64,000 nt of DNA from Octopus sinensis (taxonomy: Eukaryota): assembly GCF_006345805.1 (NCBI RefSeq), contig NC_042999.1:160208001-160272000 (forward strand). Direction: 5' to 3'. Each line of letters begins with the position of its first letter. Positions within the stretch are counted from its first letter, which is position 1. The position numbers and the translations under genes were made by a program. Under the pieces are notes generated by a model, which searched no databases, had not been told where the DNA came from, and was given only the letters and a program-made list of their open reading frames with translations. This document shows, piece by piece, positions 52,276-64,000 of this stretch.

Positions 52276-52969
52276 ACTTTCCATACACACACGCACATAT
52301 ACATACTTAGACACGTATGTGTGGTTCGTATACATAATAAATAAACATTACAAGTACGTACATACAAGAAATAATTGTGTGTTTATGTAAATGTGTGTAT
52401 GTGTGCATACTACCCGTAAATGTAAGTGTGTGAGCGTATGCATATACAGTTAAGTAAACAGTTTCGTTGTTGAAAGATAACGAATGATCAAACCTTCGAT
52501 ATTGCAGTCGATATCTCTTTATGATAAACACTAGTTTAGACTTGTATCTGTTACCACTTGAAATAATGCTCTTTGTCATCAGTGTATTGATCACAGACAC
52601 GCACACGTACACGCGCACACACACGCACACACACAAACATACACACACGCAAGAGTACCGCCGAACAGAATATTATCAGAAACGACATTATCTCCAATGA
52701 CCAGCTGAATGTGTCATCAGCTAATAATCAAGACACTTTAACCCTCCCCCACTCACCCCAACCTCTCTCTCTCTCTCTGGCTTCCATAGTCTGGATCTGA
52801 ACTTGAGATATGTATCACTGAGATTGTGTGGTGCTCATGCCCTTCTTAATAACATTCATTATTCAAGTAAAATAAGATAGTGCAAAACTTTGAATGGTTA
52901 ACATTTTGTAGGCAAAATACTGATTACTGATATGGCCCCAAAGTTTTAGGGTTTCAAGTTTAGAAGTAA

Positions 52970-53100
52970 TTATACCATTCGACCGACCGTGGCCGAGACA
53001 ATGGAATTTACCATGCTACGCCAGACTTCACGATCCATCATGGCATTACGGAGGTCCTGTTGCTGGATGCCTGTATCCCTGGAGAACGTGATCAGAGACA
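52970..53100 (-). mobile_element. RTE-like LINE 3' coding end fragment
   Basis: SRDTGIQQQDLRNAMMDREVWRSMVNSIV resembles the C-terminus of RTE-clade ORFs. Confidence 0.55.
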
Positions 53101-53459
53101 GGACCCGGCAAAGCAGGGGCTGGACCTATATCCGCAGGTATACCATTAGGTCTGGTTCCCTGGGGAAGAGAACCCTGGTACAATTAATTGTAAATTCCAT
53201 AGTCTTTTCAAATGGCTAATAATGTGTGCGCGCGTCACTACTACACACATTGGAAAGCATTGTACAACCAAGTACTAAAGAAGATCTTTCCTCCTCCATG
53301 AAACAAAGCTGTTCCCGCTGGACGTCAACCCAGTATTTCTAAGCTACGGACCGAGTGATTTATTGTAAGGTTATCTCCCTAGATAGATTGCCTTCACTAC
53401 GGCTAAGGAGCCCTTTCTACCCCCCAATTATATCATAACTGGTGATTAAAAGGGGACGC

Positions 53460-53640
53460 TGCGCATTAATCAAATGGAAATTGCTGGAACGGCCTGGGCT
53501 GTATCTGAGTGGAAGTAGACATTGCCAGCATAGCTTTACGGAGAGAAGAATCATTTCAAAAAATTCACACGACCCGGATACTCTCCTAAACTCAATAAAC
53601 GAGATTTTCGGAGGCTGCCCACATAAATGTAAATTCGTGG
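53460..53640 (+). pseudogene. Penelope-like GIY-YIG endonuclease C-terminal fragment
   Basis: IKWKLLERPGLYLSGSRHCQHSFTERRII...DTLLNSINEIFGGCPHKCKF matches the PLE pattern I.W.IL.R...Y......C.LCL.EK..I...LLN.R.E....C.H..KF. Confidence 0.7.
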
Positions 53641-54322
53641 GCGTATCCATTTTTGCACTAGGGGACGCCATATAGGTATACGCACACACACATACACGCG
53701 CCCGCTCAATGGACTAACATCGATCCATGGAAAATAACTAATTTTTTTCTCCCGGAAAATGTTATCATTTTTTAGCTATGTTTCGTTCCCTTTCTTTCAC
53801 CAACACCGAGCCAGCCATAGTTTATACTAGCAATGCATCCCGGCGTTGCTCAGGTGTCATGACCTGCATCCACGTATTATTTGTTCCTTTCTTATGGGCA
53901 GAATCGGCACACCAGGAATATGAAGCAAACAACTCTTTTTTGGTAATTTTCTGATGAACAACGCTGCAGTTTCCGTCTACTAAATTCTGTCACAAGTCTG
54001 TGGTTGGCCTAGGGCTATAGTAGAAAATACTTGCCCAAGGTACCATGCAGAGGGACTGAACGTGGAACTATGTGTTTGGGAAGCAAACTTCTTAACCTCA
54101 TAGTCATTCTTGCACCTAAGTTTGTTCAGGCAGAGTTGCCTCTCTTAGCTAAATACCACAAAATCGTGCAACCCGACCTCGTTTTCGATGTCAGTTTCGT
54201 AATGAAAAAGAGTTGTATAAAAGACATAGTTTATCTGGCAGCTGAAAGATTACTGAATCTTTTGATACCTCACACGTCGAAATCGGCAACTCAGTTTCTG
54301 AAACCATAAGGAACATGCGCGC

Positions 54323-54360
<38 letters not shown>

Positions 54361-54590
54361 GCCCTGTTTTATATATTAAGATATAGTATAAAAGCTAGTT
54401 TCACCGCCCTTACGCTTAATCACAGGGATTGCTTTGCTCAGTGGTTCTCAATGTTACAAATACCACCACCATTGTCCCCCCTCCCTATTATGCAGAAGAC
54501 AGAATAAGGATCCTTTAATATACACATCTTGACAGCGCGACATTTTATAGACCAGCGTTAGAATTGATGAAAACGAAAAGTGATGATAGG

Positions 54591-54649
<59 letters not shown>

Positions 54650-54690
54650 GTATGTATATGTAAATATATGTGACAATTATTCGGTAGCCA

Positions 54691-54753
54691 TGATAAAACT
54701 CCGAGTTTCGGATGCCGCGGTGGAAATCCACGCCGCCATCTCTTCAGTTATCA
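54691..54753 (-). ncRNA. Type I hammerhead ribozyme (H2, foldback left arm)
   Basis: tgataa-CTGAAGA-gatg-gcgg...ccgc-gg-catc-c-GAAA-ctc-g-gag-TT-ttatca. Confidence 0.75.
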
Positions 54754-54816
54754 GGCCATCGGAAAACTGTTATGAAAAAAAAAACTCTTTTTTTCATAGC
54801 ATTTTTTCCATGGCCG

Positions 54817-54877
54817 GATAGCTGAAGAGATGGCGGCGTGGATTTCCACCGCGGCATCCGAAACTTGGAGTTTTATC
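54817..54877 (+). ncRNA. Type I hammerhead ribozyme (H2, foldback right arm)
   Basis: gatag-CTGAAGA-gatg...catc-c-GAAA-ctt-g-gag-TT-ttatc; its two substitutions convert Watson-Crick pairs to G-U wobbles. Confidence 0.7.
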
Positions 54878-56749
54878 ATGGCTACCGAATCATTGTCACA
54901 TATTATTATATTTACAGATAAATTCCTCTATTTACATAATATCGAGGTCTCTTTCATTCTATTGTTGTCTGGCAGGATGAAGCGGCTGACCTCCCTTGTT
55001 CGAAGGTTTGTAATGGACGCAGGTTGTGTGTCAAATAGCTAGCTTGAGGTGGTGGCCTCTTGGAGCTAATCAGCGACAGCTTTAGTCTTATATTTATAAG
55101 ACTGCCATATTAGTATGGCGATAACTATTAATTTCCAGTAACGCTGCCGTAATCTCCTTTAGAGAGACTTAGTAATTTTAATATTTCTAATATATATATA
55201 TATAAAAGCCGTTCATTTCACTGTTGAAGTGAATCGAACGGCTTTTGTGTGTTTCTTAAATGGCTTACAAACACCTTCCACGCTGCAATTGTTTTCGTTT
55301 CAGCACACGATCTCAGATCAAATCACTTGCTATGCAAGTACATCTCCGTAATATATATATATATATATATTCATAAATAAGGGTGAAAAATTAGATATTA
55401 ATTTAATAATACCATCAGTTTAACACCAAGTGGCTTAGCACATAAAAATCAGGGAGACAATACAAATTTATACATAAATATAAGAGAGTTACCGTTAAGT
55501 GGTTAACTCTAGTGCTAAAAATAGCTCTTTATTCTGGTATATTATATTATATTACATTATATTATATATTATATTTGAGTAAGAAATTTAAGGAGTAAAG
55601 GTAAAGTTAAGGATAATTAGTGGTTCAATTGTTTGTTTTATGAATAGAGAATTTGTAGAACAATATGGATAATTACAACGGTTATCACTAATCAATAGAT
55701 CATTCTAAAAATACACAATCTTTTGATGTTGTGATAAGAGATAAAAGTTCATTTGTTTTTAGTTTGTTATTTTCACCTAATGTGGTCAAAGTGATACACT
55801 CTTACTTCTCGAATGAACATTATTATTTTTTGGCTGTTGTTTAGCTCTAGGTTAGCGGATGGTCAAACGCATTCCGACGTTGATTATTAAAACATTGACC
55901 GATGGTCTAACGTGTCCTTTCGTGATGGAATTTAAGAGATTTTGGTTGTTATCACTAACAGGCTGAAAGAGCGTGTTGACGCTTCCCTCGATTCGTTTAT
56001 ACCAGTAGGTTCTGGTGGTTACGAAAGGGTTGTTGTTCCTAAACACATCTACTTAGTAGTGTGGTGTGTGCATCCCAGAACAGTTTTTGGAGGTTAATAG
56101 CGATATTTAAGCTGCCGACGTATTTGTGTGCATGTATTTTTATGTTTGTATGAGCTGATTAAAAAGGATAGTATTTTTAGGATAAGATTTTAGTACTTTC
56201 CTGGATGCGTTCTACAACTGCGGTTCTCAAACCGACCAAAGCATCCCCACTCTTTAAAAATATTACTAACAGATTTTTGCCCCACCCCCCGCACCATCTT
56301 TATTAATAAGAGGACAGCACAGAGTTTGCATGACGCTGGACAAGTTCAAAAATTAAAACTATCTTAATTTTATTTAAGATGATAATTTGTCCGCCCTTCT
56401 TACGAAGCCAAAACCCCACCTCTTTTGAGAAACACTATTCTAGATATATTTGAAGTTTTTTTTTTCTTTTGGAGAGAAAGGGAGAACTTGAGGGTTGAAG
56501 CTTGTTGCAACAAAGTTATGCTGCTCCCATTTTCATACGGCCTTTCATTTTTATTTCGGTGGACTGTGGGTGGATTGAGGGTGTAATTTGTGTACAGTCC
56601 CTGATAATGTGGAGTGTACTGTTTCGTGTTTGTTTTTTGGAGCTTATTGCAGTTTGGAGTAAAATGTAGAGGGAGGCCCAGAGATGATATGGCAATACAA
56701 GATGGATTGTACATCAGTGTTCTTGTTTCTTCATCTTGAATACACATAC

Positions 56750-56995
56750 GTGCGCGATGTGTGTGTGTGTGTGTGCGTGTGTGCATGTGTGTGTGTGTGT
56801 GCATGTGTGTGAGTGCGCGTGTGTGTGCGTGTGTGCGTGTGTGTGTGTGTGTGCGTGTGTGCGTGTGTACGTGTGCATGTGTGTGTGCATGTGTGTGTGT
56901 GTGTACATGTTTGTGTGCATGTGTGTGCATGTGTGTGCATATGTGTGCGTGCGTGCGTGCGTGTGTGTGTATGTGTGTGCGTGCGTGCGTGTGTG
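56750..56995. repeat. (TG)/(TGCG) microsatellite
   Basis: Direct inspection. Confidence 0.95.
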
Positions 56996-57155
56996 TTACG
57001 TTCTGAGTTCAAATTCCGCCGAGGTCGACTTTGCCTTTCATCCTCTTGGTGTCGATAAATAAAGTACCAGTTTCGCCCTGGGTCGATGTAATCGACTTAA
57101 TCCCTTTGTCTGTCCATGTTTGTCCCCTTGTGGGTTGTAAAGAAATAGGTATTTG
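56996..57155 (+). mobile_element. SINE family B, 5'-truncated
   Basis: ttacgttctgagttcaaattccgcc...gtaaagaaataggtattt. Confidence 0.9.
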
Positions 57156-57342
57156 ATTTTCTTTGGTGATGTGGATAAAAAGAGAATTGGTTGTTGTTGT
57201 TGTTGCTTATTCTCAGGTGAGCCCTGGTTAATCACACTTATGATCAAAACAACCCGGCCGTGGCTATCTCAACTCCTTTTCAAGCATAGTGTATCTAAGA
57301 CTATATTATTCAATATGTCCTTCCATTTTTAAGACAGTAAAG

Positions 57343-57773
57343 GGATCTTTTCGGTTTGAACGGCAGCTTTTTTCTAGCGGTGTCATATCAAATTGTCACC
57401 CATAATTATGACCCTAGTATCGATCTATTGGATTTCAATCTGTTTTAGGGTTAGGGTTAGGGTTAGGGTTAAGGATGGGGGGGATGATATCTTTTTTTCT
57501 TCACAAATGTAAATAAACCCAATCTGTTTTTTAAACGAGGGACATATTCATACGGCACAGAATGTTTTTTTTACCTCAATGGACGTCAGTGATTGGTTGA
57601 AATTGCAGAAATTGAAGAAAAAAACAACAAATATCTTACAAACTATAACATTTTCTCAATAAAGCCAAGAGAAAAAGATGTTTTATAAACACATTCTACC
57701 AGTATACGAAGTTTAAAAGTGTTTAGTTACGTGGAAATTATTTTAAAAACTGCCGTTCAAACCGAAAAGATCC
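57343..57773 (+). mobile_element. GGATC-TIR telomeric-repeat MITE
   Basis: Both TIRs; TSD cagtaaag / cagtaagg (7 of 8). Confidence 0.95.
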
Positions 57774-58854
57774 CAGTAAGGTGTAATATGGCGATTTAGT
57801 TGTTAATTCAAGCAGATCGAGTGACTACTTGGATGTTTCCGTTGTGTGAGCAATTTAAATGCGACCATTCTGTCTTTTTCCAAACACTGTGCGCTGAAGA
57901 CTACATTCTCCAACGGTAGAGTGTGATTTGTGAGATTCAGCTGTTATACTTAGCTCTTTCGTTGACTCACTCTCAGTGTCTTGTGTTGCCTGCTGTCTCT
58001 TTGCGAAGTTTGTGTTGGGCTACTTCAACCTTTTCGCTGATATTATTATAATCTGCGTTGTGTTGAGTCATTCGTTACTTCTTAATTTTCCTTAGTCTCG
58101 GTGTTGAGCTAAACGCTGGACTATTTATATTTTCTTTATCAACTTTTCATCCTTCAACCAACGTTCCAGCCGTGACCAAACAACCTTTTTTAGATCTGTA
58201 TACAAGAGTATTAGGGCGATAGTATGTTATTTATGGGAGATATGGCTACTAATCCTACTAGGCTGAGTGACCGCGTAAAGGCCTCTTATTACAGCTAGAT
58301 AGAATGGACTACTGAGAATGAAATGTCGTTTGTATGATGAAAACGTGACTGTGTCACCAAAGGACATGAAGCATTTATTTTTGCCATTTGTATGAGACCT
58401 TATCGACTCGGTCGGCTACATCTCTATTAGATATAATTAAAAGTGTTTTTCTTGTTTTTTTTTTTATTATAGAAAGCTAGTTAGATAATTTGAAAATAAA
58501 CATGAAATATTTCAAAAGTTTTTAGCTCGATTTATACAAAGAAAATGAAACCTCAAAATTTAAAGTTCTTTACAAGATTCTTAATCGTAGAAATATTTTT
58601 GATAATTAAATATCTTCTTATTCTTTGGCAAGTGAATTGAAATTATTTCATGATAAACAGAAAAATCCAAAATTCGGAATGGAAGCTTGTGGCATTGTGG
58701 ATCATACAGAATAAGCTGAGGAGTGAATCCCACAAAAAGCAGGGTTCAGATATGAATGGAGATACCCAATAGTTGTCGGTTCTGTCCGTTATCCGAGCTG
58801 CATTATTTTTGTTTGCTTGAGCGCATGCGTATGGGTCAGTGTGTCTGCGCATAC

Positions 58855-59189
58855 ACATGTATGTATGTATGTATGTATGTATGTATGTATGTATGTATGT
58901 ATGTATGCACGTATGTATGTATGTATGTATGTATGCATGTATGTGTGTATGTATGTATGTATGTATGTATGTATGTATGTATGTATGTATGTATGTATGC
59001 ATGTATATGTGTATGTATGCATGCATGCATGCATGTATGTATGTATGTATGCGTGTGTATGTATGTATGTATGTATGTATGTATGTGTGTATGCATGCAT
59101 GCATGTATGTATGTATGTATGTATGTATGTATGTATGTATGTATGCATGAATGTGTGTATGCATATATGTATGTGTGTGTGTGTGCGAA

Positions 59190-59231
<42 letters not shown>

Positions 59232-59400
59232 ATATATATACGTATGTATGTGTGTACGTTTGCGTGTATGTATTCTGCATATTGATGTGTTTGTATTTGT
59301 GTGTTTGTGTTCATGTTATATGAGTTCTTATGTGTGTGTGTTTGCATGTGTGTGTGTGTACCTCTGTCTCCTTGTGTGTGCATGTGTGTGTGTATGTGTA
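58855..59400. repeat. (TATG)n/(TA)n/(TG)n microsatellite field
   Basis: Direct inspection. Confidence 0.95.
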
Positions 59401-59405
59401 TGGAT

Positions 59406-59775
59406 TTTTGTGACTATGTACTGTGTCTGTATGTATAGATGTGCATCTCCATCTATGTGGACATGTGTCTCCATATGTGTCCTTGTGTGAAGTGAAGTGT
59501 GTGTGTATATATGGTCATGTGTTTCGGTCTCCATTTGCGTATGTGTGTATGTATGTGTGCTTGTTTGTACATATTACCTATGTACCTATCCGTCTGTATG
59601 TCTATCTGTTTACATTCATATCCACATGCCTACATACATACACAAATGAAGACTGAAACACATGACCATATACACACATACACTTCACTTCACACAAGGA
59701 TACATATGGAGACACATGTCCACACATATGGAGATACACAGCCATACATACAGACAAAGTACATAGTCCCCAAAA
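59406..59775. repeat. Diverged inverted duplication (arms ~147 bp, spacer ~75 bp)
   Basis: 59406-59552 is approximately the reverse complement of 59627-59775; mirrored peptides METETHDH.../MKTETHDH... appear in the ORF track. Confidence 0.85.
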
Positions 59776-59879
59776 CTATCGTTTTAAAGATATCTTTAAG
59801 GATTGTCTTACGATTCTTTTCTGCCGTATTCTAATGACCTTTCAGTGCGAAGAAGTAGCGACTCAACCTTGAGTGACTC

Positions 59880-60300
59880 CTTGGCTTCCAACTTACGGAC
59901 ACTGTCGAGTAACGTTACGCCAGAGATCCTCGGTCATTATCCTGCTGTGATCATTCAGACAGATCATTGCTGAGACTAGGCACGAAAACCGAATTGAAGA
60001 TATCGAGATTGGCTTTTACACCTACCTCTTCTGGCTCGTTACCGTGCTTTCTGCTTCCCATCCTTCGTCAATACGGCCCCGAAATACTGAAACTTCTCCA
60101 CTTGTGTCAGTGATGTTTCACTAGCATTCAGAGTGTACTGAGAACATTTTCTCCAGAAGACCAAAGTCTCAGTCTTTGCAACACTAATTATCACCCCCGC
60201 CTTGCAGCACTTGGCAGCGAACTCATTCAATTTACGCTGAATATCACCTTCTGATGAGTCAAGTAGCTCTATGTCATGTGTAAATACCAGTCAACCAATC
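59880..60300 (-). pseudogene. RTE-clade reverse transcriptase C-terminal fragment
   Basis: FTHDIELLDSSEGDIQRKLNEFAAKCCKAGVIISVAKTE...QVEKFQYFG, then IFNSVFVPSL and GVTLLDSV. Confidence 0.8.
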
Positions 60301-60924
60301 CTACACCCACTGATTGTGACACCACCTCCACAACGGCTATGCATATTAATCCAGTTCACAAAAGTAGGAGTGACAATACGTAATCCTGCCGAAGTCCAAC
60401 AAGGCTCAAAGGTTTCGTCTTAGCGTCATCTACACGAACACAAACATCTTAGCATTCGAATAGGAATTTCACACCAAACAGAACTTGTTCCGTGATTCAA
60501 ACTCCTGCAAGACCCTCCTCAGCATTCCTGCAGCATGCTATCATAGCCTTTAAGCAATCTACAAAACCGTGTAATGAATGGAGATTAAGATGCGCCAAAT
60601 AATTTCTTGATGTAATAAATTGACAAAAGATAGTCTACACATACAACATATTTTATTCAATTATTAAGTAATTACACAACTGCAACGAATTGGAAAAGTG
60701 CAGAAGAGTTTGTATTGTGGATGACAGTTTGTTTAGATTGAAGATCTCCTGTCCATTCCTTATAGCAATCCGCTACTGTGTGGAAGGAGGAACGAGAAGG
60801 ATAGAAGGCTCTCGCAAAAGACATTTCTTAGTCTGAGAATGCAGGCGCACGTATGTGTGTGTGAAAACAAAGTCTCGGTAAAGTTACCAAAAGAAAACTG
60901 TCTGAAAGTCACTGAAGGAACTGA

Positions 60925-61287
60925 CTCTCTTACTCTTTTCTTTTACTCTTTTACTTGTTTCAGTAATTTGACTGCGGCCATGCTGGAGCACCGCCTTTAG
61001 TCGAGCAAATCGAACCCGGGACTTATTCTTTGTAAGCCCAGTACTTATTCTATCGGTCTTTTTTGCCGAACCGCTAGGTGACGGGGACATAAACACACCA
61101 GCATCGGTTGTCAAGCAATGCTAGGGGGACAAACACAGACACACAAACACACATACATACACATATATATATACATATATACGACAGGCTTCTTTCAGTT
61201 TCCGTCTACCAAATCCACTCACAAGGCATTGGTCGGCCCGGGGCTATAGCAGAAGACACTTGCCCAAGATGCCACGCAGTGGGACTG
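60925..61287 (-). mobile_element. SINE family C (head truncated)
   Basis: Tail to gtgggactg match. Confidence 0.9.
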
Positions 61288-61995
61288 TTTTTTTTAATCA
61301 TTTTTTTTTTTTATAAAGTGTTGTGAATATATAACCTGTGTTAAAGTCTAACTTCGTCACCGAAATTAGAACTGAACGGGCTTCTTTAGATACAGCCCTT
61401 TTTTTTTCTTTTACCTCAGATGATAAATTGTACAGGTTAAACAAATGAATTTTAAGTGCACAATCAGAGAACAATAGAAACGAACGTAAAGACCAAGGTT
61501 TCAATCCCTGGTCACGAATCCGTTATACATCTCCTACAAATGATAGTTGTTTATCTCTTTTTTTCTTGAAGATGCTAGGTATAATTTGCAGGTCATTTTG
61601 GCTGCCATTTCTTGCAGGTCGAGCGACCACATAGACGCGTCCTCTTTGACTCATGTTACATTTTAAAATAAAGAATGGCTATGCTAAATAGATAATAGTC
61701 TTGTGAAATTCTAATTTTATTTATATTTAAAATGGCTTCATTAAAAATTATTTATAATCTAAAATTCCAAGTGTTCGAAGAAATACCATGAAGTAAAAAT
61801 AAATTAAAATGAAATAAACAACAAAGTCTTGGCTGTATGAACAGAGAAGTTACGCTTTTCTGCGAAAATAACCTCAATAATGCATGTATGTACATACATA
61901 GATACGTACACACACACCCATACATATAAGTGCGTTATTTCTCTCTCTCCCTCTCTCTTTATATAGTTATAAACATGTATGTATGTTATATATGA

Positions 61996-62092
<97 letters not shown>

Positions 62093-62135
62093 ACATATAT
62101 ATATATATATATATACATATATATAACACATTCTA

Positions 62136-62316
62136 TTTAAGTGCACAATCAGAGAACAATAGAAACGAACGTAAAGACCAAGGTTTCGATCCCTGGTCAC
62201 GAATCCGTTATACATCTCCTACAAATGATAGTTGTTTACCTCTTTTTTTCTTGAAGATGCTAGGTATAATTTGCAGGTCATTTTGGCTGCCATTTCTTGC
62301 AGGTCGAGCGACCACA
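62136..62316 (+). repeat. 181-bp local duplicate of 61451-61631
   Basis: Two substitutions seen; flanked by duplicated (TA)n-acacattctat. Confidence 0.9.
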
Positions 62317-62764
62317 CATATATATATATATATATATATAACACATTCTATGGAATTCTTAAACTTGTGTGTAGATATAAATCTTAATCTATTTTCAGTC
62401 GCCATATTCAGTCACGTGCATGAGAAACCATCCATCAAAACGCTGGAGAAGTCAGTCACATAAGTGAAAGAGCAAACGAAAATATGTGAAGCCTTGTAAA
62501 CAAAACTCGTCAAATTGGTCACAAGTAAAAAAAAATATCTTATTCTTTTTATTGTATAACTTATCAAAACAAAAAGAAAAAAAAGAGAAAAAAAGGAAGG
62601 CTTTATTTTTAGTGACCTTTTGGATATTAAATTTTTGCGGGTCTATGACTCATTAATTTTGAAGTGTTTATAAAGATTTTTATGAATCTTTCCTCAGAAT
62701 GACAAAAGAAAAGATAGAAAAAACAACTGTTCTAGTTTGTTGTCGATATTAGGTGTTTGTTTCA

Positions 62765-63425
62765 AATGCCGCCGAGGTTGAGTTTACCATTTATCCTTTT
62801 GGGGTCGATAAAATAAGAACCAGTTCACCACTGCGGTCAGTGTAACCCTCTCCCGGACTTGCTAGCCTTGTGCCAAAATTTGAAACTGATATTAGGTGTT
62901 TGTAAGGAGCCGGACAACATGCTTAGTGGCATTTCATCCGTCTTTGTGTTCTGAGTTTAAATTCTACCGAGGTCGACTTTGCCTTTCATCTTTTTGGAGT
63001 CGATAAAATAAGTACCAGTCGAGCATTGGGGTTCATTAATCGACTATCCCCTTCCGACAAAATTTGGGGCCTTTTGTCTATTATAGAAAGGCTGTTGGGT
63101 GTTGGGTGTTTGTGTTAAATGTTTTTGCTTTATCAATTGGTTAACATTTCCGCATGACTGCTTCCAAAGATGAGATAATGGTTTTACAATATTAACGTGA
63201 CAGATAAGCAAGCGGTGAGCTGGTAAGAATCGTTAACACGTTGGGCGATATACTTAGCGGCATTTCGTCCGTTTTTACATTCTGAGTTCAAATTCAGCAG
63301 AGGTCGACTTTATCTTTCATCCCTTTTAGGTTCGATAAAATAAGTACTAGTTGAATACTGGGGTTGGTGTAATTGACTGAGCACCTCTTCGAACTTGCTG
63401 GCTTTGTGCTAAAATTTGAAACCAA
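62765..63425 (+). mobile_element. Three diverged SINE family B copies
   Basis: Three recurrences of gagg(t)cgac/gttgag...gtcgataaaataag(t/a)accag at ~62770, ~62950 and ~63285. Confidence 0.75.
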
Positions 63426-63839
63426 TATTAACGTTACAGTTTCCGTTGCTATCGTTGTTAACCCAAGGTCAACTCTGATCGAATAGAACTTTGAACAAAA
63501 GGTTTGTTGCCGTAACTATTGGCCATTTTATTTTCATTTATTTACTGGGTCCTAGACACAGTGTATCTTTAAAAATGTATCCTTTTTACGACAGAAGATC
63601 ATAACTTGGAGACATTGTTGCTATTTCTAGCAAGCTGTTTCATGAGTGCAAAGCCCTGAAACAAACAAAAAAATAAATGTTAACGTAACAGTCACTGACG
63701 TATTATTTCATTTCAGTGACATTCGCAGATACTTCAAAGAGGATTTCATTGGTTTGCTTTACTCAGCTTCAAGCAGGTGTATTATCTTCAGTTTCTGAAA
63801 ACGTCAAGTTAATGAGGAATGTGACACAGATTCTTCCGC

Positions 63840-64000
63840 GGATCTTTTCGGTTTGAACGGCAGTTTTTAACATAATTTCTAGGTAACTAAAAAATTTTAA
63901 ACTTCGTATACTGGTAGAATATGTTTATAAAACATCTTTTCTCTTGGCTTTATTGAGAAAATTCTATAGTTTGTAAGATATTCTTTAATTTCTTGCATTT
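63840..64000 (-). mobile_element. GGATC-TIR MITE, partial at the window edge
   Basis: TIR ggatcttttcggtttgaacggcagttttt. Confidence 0.9.

Larger units (their letters stand above)
54666..54970. mobile_element. Foldback (palindromic) form of HHR element H2
   Basis: Arms 54666-54784 and 54788-54903 are near-perfect reverse complements around a ctc loop; the right arm continues into the H2 tail up to 54970. Confidence 0.88.

Noticed and set aside
60250-60275. ctgatgagtc hammerhead-like word
   Set aside because: No downstream GAAA or stems; it is the antisense of the RTE RT coding sequence (LLDSSEG).
61498-61655. 43-aa minus-strand ORF MSQRGRVYVVARPARNG...
   Set aside because: Short, unrecognised, and partly duplicated by a repair-type event; no evidence of coding function.

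Overview
Eukaryotic, AT-rich, microsatellite-saturated non-coding DNA made almost entirely of transposon debris. The SINE types and (TA)/(TACA)/(TAA) load suggest an octopus-like cephalopod (inference). No intact host gene, rRNA, true tRNA gene or CRISPR array was found; most listed ORFs are microsatellite or repeat read-through. Contents: (i) 13 copies of a ~420-440 bp MITE with GGATC...GATCC TIRs, 8-bp TSDs and internal (TTAGGG)n; (ii) at least three tRNA-derived SINE families; (iii) decayed mariner, piggyBac, Tigger/Tc2-like and hAT elements; (iv) three restriction-like-endonuclease (R4/Dong-type) LINE pieces bordered by microsatellites, two RTE fragments and two Penelope-like (PLE) coding fragments. 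The most interesting signal is a set of small non-coding repeats embedded in (TA)n that carry type I hammerhead ribozyme (HHR) folds with a 1-nt loop III. They occur as a single unit with 65-bp inverted repeats (40640-41050), a tandem 499-bp dimer (42165-43140) and a ~240-bp foldback with two opposed HHRs (54666-54970), plus degenerate minimal HHRs (14503, 32792). This looks like a PLE-dependent, retrozyme-like system. There are also several locally templated insertions and duplications. All folds and family assignments were made by eye and need computational confirmation.
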